Below the pieces are notes generated by a model. It worked only from the letters and a program-made list of their open reading frames with translations. It was not told the origin of the DNA and did not search any database. From NCBI RefSeq assembly GCF_009914755.1, contig NC_060947.1: a stretch of 64,000 nucleotides of DNA; one strand, given 5' to 3'. How positions within the stretch are numbered: the stretch's first letter is position 1; every line of letters begins with the position of its first letter. Shown here in pieces: positions 55,166-64,000 of the stretch. This stretch comes from the human T2T-CHM13v2.0 reference genome, Homo sapiens. The position numbers were made by a program, and so were the translations under genes.

Positions 55166-55564
55166 TAAGGTTAAACTCCATCAATGTCAGGATAACCGTC
55201 GCTTGTAACTCTCACATATTATTCTGAGAATCAACGTCAGTCTATTTTTTTAGAACTATGCTGCTTAGAACTTTATGAAAGGCTCACAGACATTTCTTAG
55301 TATTACTTTATTAATTTTAATTGAAGTCTTATTCTGGTATGCTATGTTTTATCAAGAGTACAACTTTGAAAAACAAAGTTGAAAATCCACCTATAGTTTT
55401 TTCCCACTTTAATTCAGAAAAGTAGCAATATAACATCTTTGAATAATCTATGATCCAAGCAAAAATAAACATTTAATATTCAATAGCATAGAAGAGACTA
55501 AATAATAGTGATAATATACAGTACTGGGTTTTTATAAGACCATTGAAAGCTAGAAAGTACATAC

Positions 55565-55672
55565 GGCCAGTTTTTGAAGACTTGATAACATTTCATTTTG
55601 ATCTTTAAAGCCAGTTGTGTGAATCTTGTTCACTGCATCTTCTTTTTCTGAAAGCCATGCACTAAAAAGGCA
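55565..55672 (-). CDS. DMD: Dystrophin exon 15 (108 nt)
   Basis: Translates CLFSAWLSEKEDAVNKIHTTGFKDQNEMLSSLQKLA. Acceptor TCTTGCAG, donor GTATGT. Phase 0-0. Confidence 0.99.
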
Positions 55673-55779
55673 CTGCAAGACATTAAAGAATTCCAAGGAA
55701 TAAATAAACATAAATCTTTACTTTTCCAATTTAATATCCCCCCGTGTCTTTTACAGCTAGTTTCTCACACATGACACAC

Positions 55780-55881
55780 CTGTTCTTCAGTAAGACGTTG
55801 CCATTTGAGAAGGATGTCTTGTAAAAGAACCCAGCGGTCTTCTGTCCATCTACAGATGTTTGCCCATCGATCTCCCAATAC
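55780..55881 (-). CDS. DMD: Dystrophin exon 14 (102 nt)
   Basis: Translates [34 protein letters not shown]. Acceptor TCTCTTCTCCAG, donor GTGTGT. Phase 0-0. Confidence 0.99.
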
Positions 55882-56926
55882 CTGGAGAAGAGACAATCAA
55901 GCACAGCATCAGCAAACAATTGGTAACTACGTTTTATTAAAAATGGCATGAATAATTTGCCAAAGTATCTCAGTCTCCTATGTACGCTAGAAGTTGGAAG
56001 GGACACTCTTTCTGATCTGCTTACATTTAAATAAGTGGTGTGACTGTCATTTGTCTTTATCTCACCAAGTCTTGTACCTTTCATAGAAAAGCAAAGAGAC
56101 AAGCAATATGAAGTGGTTATTATACCACTATATAAAATGGCTCCATAGCAAATGTAAGATAACAAAGACATACATATAGAGAGGATTTTGCAGTGAGAAC
56201 AAGTAAAAGGTGTATTTTCCTTAGGTTTGAAAATACACCCTAAAGAATAAAAGTCTAACTACTAAATAGAATGCCTCAAAAGACTCTTAATTGAAACAAT
56301 CTTGCATAATGAGAATTGCCTACCATTTGGATTGTAGAAGAAAATTCTTAGTAACTTAAATTCTATTACTATGTAGATTTTTCAATTTTCTCAATTATTA
56401 CAAAAGTATTAAAATTTTCTGTTTCTAAACTACTCTAGTGAGAAAACTAACAATCTCTGAGTAAAAACTACTATATCATTAACATGTCACTAATGTCTAA
56501 GAACACACACTATTTTAATATGTAACATAAACCAACTATCAATGATTTTTGGAAGGAAAACAAATATTGTGATGCTTTCTATGCAAAGGAAGCATTTCAA
56601 AATGGCAGTTAGCTCAACCTCATTATGATGCACTTTATAGCCTGAATTTTCAACTTTTTGTAACTTTTTCATATAAATAAGAAACTTATTTTCTCATATA
56701 TATATTGGACCTTTAAAGCTAGAAATCATAAAATATTGACGTGCTTTATTTTATATAGAATTAGAGTTAGAAAAATGTTTATAACTCATATTTTTGAAAA
56801 ATCTACTCAGTGTCTAAGGTCTCATAATTTCTATGTTACTTTATACTACATATGTGTATTAACCCACCTAGAGGATATTAACACATGATTTAAACAATGC
56901 AAATGAAATTAGCATCATGAAAATAA

Positions 56927-57232
<306 letters not shown>

Positions 57233-58171
57233 TAATCCACCTATTTCTAAGTGACTAGGAGAGTCACGTTTCTTAAATTGTTTAATCTATCACCACTTAA
57301 AAAAAAATACACGCATGGGTAAACAGAAGGCAGTCAACATTTTCCTACAGTATTAACATAATCATGTACTTATATGCAGCTCAATCATAAGTGAGTTTTC
57401 AGTTTTTCTTCATAAATATCAATGTTATTGCTTTCAGCATAATGTAACTGTTAATTTTTTGTAGTTTCACTTTCTACTCAACTTATTTTGAATTATGTTT
57501 ACAATAAAAGCCATAGCGCTCAAACAGTGATGCGAGATACCCACAGGAAATGTGCGAGCTTAAATCAATGAATTTAGTCACTTCAACCATCTAATTATTA
57601 CGAAGCAGTATATATAGGTTTTTTCTAAAACATACTTGCATTTTTTTAGCTAACTTCCTAGTGACCCTGTCAGTGCATGTCAGGTAAAATGGCACGTAAC
57701 AAAATGGTTAATAGATTAGTTGTGGGAGAAAAAAGCTTCAAATGGAGAAAATCTTATCTCTTAAGTATAAACTACACCATCTACCTGACGTGATGATGCA
57801 GATCTACAAAGTCAAAATGTGGGAAATTTATTGTAGCCCATCAACTCCAGTGAAGAAGACAGTCAAGGGAAGAAGGGACAAACTCAAGCTATAGCATCAT
57901 ATTCATAAACAAAAAAGACTTTCAAGTATATATAGCATCTTCTCTCTAGTGCTACTAGACATATAGTATCCACTGAAGCAGCATTTTAAGCTTGTAACCC
58001 CATAGGTGGAAATGTATAATTTATTAATTTTAGTGGGAATACAAATCCAAATAAAGATCCCCTATTCCAGGTTGTATAACATTTTCAAATTTATTGAAAT
58101 TCTGAGATGTACTAATGGGATGCATTTAATATTGCAGTTTTGTTCACTGTATGAGTCACAAAAAACTAATA

Positions 58172-58793
58172 GAGTAGTTCTCCTTTATCCATAGGGGATA
58201 TGCTTCAAAATCCTCAGGTGGATGCCTAAAACTGCAGGTAGTACAAAACCCTATATATAGTATTTATGAATTTATTTTTCTTTCTTCGCAATTTCACGGA
58301 TAGACTTGCTCTTACCACAGATTTTGAGCAACCCCAGCATGCGATTTTTTTCTTGCCTTATTAAGTTGGGAACCTTTTCACATAAAGAAAACCCTTCACA
58401 GTTTTTCTTTGGCATATTTGAACTGCCACCATAACTACTCTTGCACTTTGGGGCCATGACTAAGTAAAACTAGGGTGACTTGAACACAAGCACTGCGATA
58501 CCATGACAGTGTTTCTAAGAACCTAGACAGGTACTGAGTAATGGGCGGGTAACATTGACAGCATGAAGACGCTGGACAAAGGGGTGATTCAGTCCTGGGT
58601 GAGACAGAGGTGGGATAGCACAAGATTTCATTATGCTACTCAAAACAGCATGCAATTTAAAATTTATGAATTGTTTATTTCTGGAATTTTTCATTTAATA
58701 TTTTCTGACTGTGGTTGACTGCCAGTAATTGAAGCCAAGGAGAGCAAAACCATGGATGAGGGAGGGAGGGAGGGAGGGAGGGAGGGATTGCTG
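58172..58793. mobile_element. Tigger4b-like DNA transposon with (GGGA)n expansion in the right TIR
   Basis: TA-flanked. agtagttctcctttatccataggggata...aaaaccatggatgagggagggagggag...ttgctg. Confidence 0.8.
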
Positions 58794-59018
58794 TAATTAA
58801 ACACTCTTTTAGGTACATAGGCAACCTATTTAACATAACTATTTAAAAAATGCCACTTAAAGTGTTCTTTATATCCAAATAATGGAGCAAGTTTATGATT
58901 CAGCTAATATCTAGGTTACAGTTAATGACAGCCATCAATGCATTCATTCATTGATCATGAATTTATTATATAACAAATATGTACCAAATATCTGGATATG
59001 CCAAATATTAAGAGAAGA

Positions 59019-59427
59019 TGTTACAGGCTCAATTGTGTCCCATGAAATCCATGTTGAAGCCCTATGCCCCACCTACTACATCGGAATGTGCCCATATTTG
59101 GAGATAGAGCCTATAAATAGACCATTAAGTTACAATGAGTCTATTAGGGTTACTCTAGTCCAATATGATGGGTATCCTTATGAGAAGAGGAAATTTGGAC
59201 ACAGCAAAACACCAGGGATATGTGCAACACAGAGGAGAGACCACGTGAGGATACAGGAACAAGGCATTCATCTGCAATCCAAGGAGAGAGGCCTCACAAG
59301 AGACCAATCCTTGCCAGTACCTTGGTCTTGAACTTCTGGCCCCCAGAATGGTGAGAAAGTGTTTGTATTGTTTAAGCCACCAGTCCATGTTATTTTTTAA
59401 TGATAGCCCTCACAAAGGAGTAATACA
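59019..59427 (+). mobile_element. MLT1B/C-type MaLR solo LTR
   Basis: tgttacaggctcaattgtgtccc...tttaagccaccagt...gtaataca. 5-bp TSD GAAGA/AAAGA. Confidence 0.85.
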
Positions 59428-61394
59428 AAAGACAATTAAGATAGATGGATTCTTTTTCAAGAAATACTTGGCTAAATGTCTGTCGAATAATAATACCAAC
59501 CCGTTAAAGAATTGCAAATGTTAAACAAGAGTATGTATGGGAAAGTATTATTAATTTGAAACAAGTTATTTAAGAGTTGGTCGTTGTTTACAATTTGCTT
59601 GATCATGGTTCTTACATCAAATCTAAGAACTGCCAAGGGTCATCTATTTTACTGTATTCACTGTAGAAAGGCACCCATTAAATCTTTACGAATAAATGTT
59701 TAGTCTTCAAGTATATTCTTTAAAGGTTTCCAACACAAGACAGCATGAACACATATCCTTTAGTAACATATTCTATTGCTTAAACCTATCTTACTCTTAG
59801 AAAATACTCAATGAATTGAATCTAAGTCACTTCTGTAGCAAGGCAGGCATAGTGCTTTCCACTGATCTCAGTGTAAGCGGAAAAGTGAATTAGAAATTAC
59901 TTGCTCATACGCTGTAAACATCTGCCCATACATTTTTGTGATGCCATATGCACAAGTATAAATAGATAATACACGAAGTGCTTTAAATTTATGGATTTAC
60001 CTATTTATTGCTTAGCAATATTGGCCTTAATTTGAATTACAAAGAATGAAGCAAAGCAATTGGAAGACTATATCCCTCAGCTCTGGAATCACTCAAAGAT
60101 GCTGGTTCCTATCATTGCCTGAATGGCTATAACAAAATTGTTAGACAAGTGTAAGAAATTGGATAAAATGGGGCTAATACATATATTTTTTAAAGAACCA
60201 CTGTATTAGGATTAGAAACCTCTTCTCTAGAGAAAAAAAAAATATGTAACTTCAACTCTGTTTCTCTGAGTTTCTATTTACGTATAGGAATCCCTTGAGC
60301 TTTTAGCAATAATGCATATTTTTATAGAGCTAAACATTCTACACATAAATGTAAAACCAATGAATTACAAAGTCTCACAAAATGGTAAAAGAAGTTAATT
60401 TTTATTTATATTCTCATTTTGTCTCAGCAGTAAATGAAGCTAAAGGTCAGCTCACTTCGTCTAACATTTTCATGGACTAAATCACAACTCCATTATCGTC
60501 CATGCTCAGATCCACAACGGGGAGGATTTTTTCCTCCCATTTAATTCACATGTCATATTGTTGTACGTGCCAAGGACATTTCTCATCTGAATTCCTTTGT
60601 TTGGTTGAGTTGCTATTTCAATTCAAAAGTGAAAAATGGCTACTAAAAGAACATTTGGATAAAGGTAACTGAGGAAAATCTGACAAGCCTGGGAGGTAAA
60701 TCTTAAGTATGGTGACCCTTGAATTTACTGGAGCCAGGGATAGAATATGAAACCTAAACTGTGCCCATCAGTATTGGCGTTAAGAGATAGAGTGTTCCCA
60801 GGCGTATATCCACTAAGGCGGAAACAATTATGTGCCATGGACCACACAATGCATCAGCAACGGGGCTTTATGAAAGAGGGAGGCAGAAAACAACCCATCT
60901 TATTTTATTGCAGGTTAAGACCCTATAATACACTTCTCTGCTAAATGAATTTTATGTGTAATGAGCCCTCTGAAAATCCCTTATTTCTTGATTTTTCTCT
61001 TACTTTATCAACAACTATGCAGTTAAAACGTATAAGCAACTTACTCTTACTGATGTTGAAATGGAAATCACATCAAAAACCATTGAAAAAAACAAAAATC
61101 CATTATGAGGCAGAAATGTGGCAGAGTCCTACTGAATAGTGTTTAGCCAAGGGTATGGCTTGGTTCTCAGTTTTACACATTTCTACAAACTGAACTGAAG
61201 CACCATACTATAAAATGGTGTACCTTATATCTTCACTGTATAACATATGGTACAGGGCGGATAAACCTATTTTGATGAGTTATGAAACAACTACTGGAAG
61301 TTTTTTCAAAAGTATAATTCTTACTTCTATTTAAATGATCCTGTAATAATCTCCTGTCTGAACTCAAGGAATTTTTAGCTGTCACTTCCAAAGG

Positions 61395-61520
61395 GGCAGG
61401 TTACAGATGAGGAAACTGACAGATAGGTTAAGTAACTTGTCTGAGGTCACAGAAGCCACAGTACTGAGTGTCTGGGATTTGACCTCAGATCCATTTGGCT
61501 ACAAGTTCATGCTCGTTCAT
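61395..61520 (-). mobile_element. MIR fragment
   Basis: ttacagatgaggaaactga...ggttaagtaacttgtctgaggtcacag...ctgggatttga. Confidence 0.75.
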
Positions 61521-62854
61521 AATGGTATTCATTCAGTAGGGCATTCATTATAAAAGATATGCCTTCTAATTTGTGCTACACAACCTACAGTGAGATATCC
61601 AGATGCCGAATCCCTTTGGAGTCTTTTCATATTTTGTTTTAGCAGAAGTTTGACTAGATTTAACATTTAATCTAATCTGCTTCACAAGGATGTGAAGCTT
61701 AATGTTATAATTTGATTCAAAAACATTTGACACTGTAACTCTGTATTTGTTTAATCATAAAACGTCAGCAAATACTTGCACTTCCAGATTAAGAACATGT
61801 GGCCTTTGCAGGACTTATTTTTAAAAGGTAAGTATGACTGATTTGTTCATTAAATTCTGCCTTTGCAATTGTGCTGAAAGTGTAGTGAGATTTTAACACG
61901 AAGAAGCATGTTCTTCTCTACGCTATTTCAGTCAGTTTCCTATATTATTTATTTGTGTGAGTATACAAAGTGCTAATGAATAAATCTGGAAAAGCCTTTT
62001 GTTGTTGTCACTGCTGTTATTCTTTGCAGGATATTATTTAATGTCTTTTTTTTTTTTTTTGGCAGCTTAATAAACTCTGTACTCTCCAGCTCCCACCAGT
62101 CTGTTCAATTGGGATACCAGAAAATAAAGAGCAGGAGTTCTAAGGAGCATTCCAGCGTAACAGTGTTCCTTCCAGCATTCATCACATTCCCAGGCATTCC
62201 TTGGTAGCTTGAGGTTTCCTCTTCCTTATCGTTTTATACCTCGCAGACTCTGAGCTCCTTGAGGTGGGCTCCTTACCTTTGAGGTTAATGTCTTGCACAA
62301 ATATCCCAAAACTGAATACTACTACTGTCGTTATCAATAGGTGGCTTTCCCCACCCAACTTTTGTCTTAGAACCATCTTTTTTGGATCTTTCAATCTGCT
62401 AATCATTACATAAAGTATAAACTTCCTGCATTCTCACTTCAGTTCTACTGTTGCCCAACTTTGTAATATCTGTGAACAAACTCAATCTTGCTGTGCTTTA
62501 GTTTTCTCACCAGTGAAATAGAGATAATAGTACAGACTCTCCTAGACAGGTAACTGCTAGGGTCAGATAGATCAATAAATGTGAAAGTGCTCTTAAATCT
62601 GTGATGAATTATTGAGATGCTTGTGATAGTAAGGATTTAGAGCTCAGTCGATAAAAAAATCAGCCTTTATTCCAGATGTGATAAATCTGGAGCATGATAG
62701 AATTTTAATATAGAACACAGTGAAACATTTTAGAAGGACAATTAATGATAATTTTTTTTGCATTTTTTTCTATACTTGATAAAGCTTATGTTTTATACAA
62801 GAATTGAAAATTTTTACCTTTACAATTTTAAACAACAGGGCCATATTCCAATAG

Positions 62855-63160
<306 letters not shown>

Positions 63161-63529
63161 CAAAAGGTATCTTATTTGAAAGCAAGTGCATAGAAGATAA
63201 ATATCCCTCTATGTCTCATGCCAACTCTTGACATCACAACTTTTCATCCACAAGAAATCACAAATTCTAACGTACATACCTAATAAAATGCATAAGATAA
63301 TGTAGGTGTAACAGAATAGGTAGTAATGGGGACTGTGGCTAAATGAAGAGCCTGTGCTAGAGAAAACAGGGCAACTTGACTCCTGCTCTGGTTACTATGT
63401 AGAAAAACAGACTAAGGATCATCAGATCATTTGCTTTCTCTAGAGAGGTTAGAAATTCTTAGTTCATGTCACATTTTTTTCAATTTCAAACAATGGTAGC
63501 TAATAAACTACTATTAAATACCATAGGGA

Positions 63530-64000
63530 CTAAATAGAACTTTATCTGAATACATCTGTAATTTTAGATACAATAGACCAATTCCTAGAAAGACACAAAT
63601 GATTCGAGCTGACTCCAAAACGGAAAATCTGGAAAAATGTAATGTTGAAATTCCAATTAAAAATGGACATTTTTATGTGTATTAAATACATAAAAATTTA
63701 ATTTTAAAATTTCCCATTTGCAAATTCCAGTTATGAAGCCAGTTACCAAGCCTGCATAATCAGGTACTTAAACCTAGCAAGCATATTACAAGAAAGGAAA
63801 ATAACAGGCCAATCACTTTCATGGACGTAAAGGAAAAACTATGAATCAAAGAAAATCTAGCAATACACAAAAAAGATTATACGTCTTATCCAGGTTTAGT
63901 TTATTACAGGAAGAAAGGCTTTTTTAGCATTAGAAAACTAAGTCATGTGATTTGACATATAGCAGAATAAAGAAGAAAAATACGACCATCTCAAATGATT
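63530..64000 (+). mobile_element. Old L1M ORF2 fragment running off the window end
   Basis: accaattcctagaaagacacaaa, aggaaaataacaggccaatc, tttattacaggaa and tagcagaataaagaagaaaaa are colinear with L1 ORF2. Confidence 0.7.

Noticed and set aside
55731-56171. 146-aa minus-strand ORF overlapping exon 14
   Set aside because: It is in a different frame from dystrophin, is mostly intronic and shows no recognisable homology; likely chance.

Overview
Human (or near-identical great-ape) X-chromosome DNA inside the dystrophin gene DMD, which is transcribed on the minus strand. The window holds five coding exons: exon 14 (55780-55881), 15 (55565-55672), 16 (47740-47919), 17 (27208-27383) and 18 (60-183). 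All have GT-AG boundaries and splice into one open frame covering the end of spectrin repeat 2, repeat 3, hinge 2 and the start of repeat 4. Introns seen are 14 (107 bp), 15 (7645 bp), 16 (20356 bp), 17 (27024 bp) and part of 13. The rest is AT-rich intron packed with Alu, L1, L2, MIR, MaLR/ERV LTRs and DNA-transposon fossils, many nested. Almost all long ORFs in the supplied track are repeat-derived or chance. I see no new multi-gene system. The most interesting items are: latent pseudoexons in intron 15; an antisense HERV-H solo LTR with an intact TATA box and a broken poly(A) signal; a 205-nt pure pyrimidine tract ending in CAG on the pre-mRNA; a tailless U6 retrocopy with target-site duplication (TSD); rearranged L1s; a CTCF motif; and a CArG+MEF2 pair inside an LTR. 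Repeat subfamily names come from recalled consensus sequences and need RepeatMasker/Dfam confirmation.
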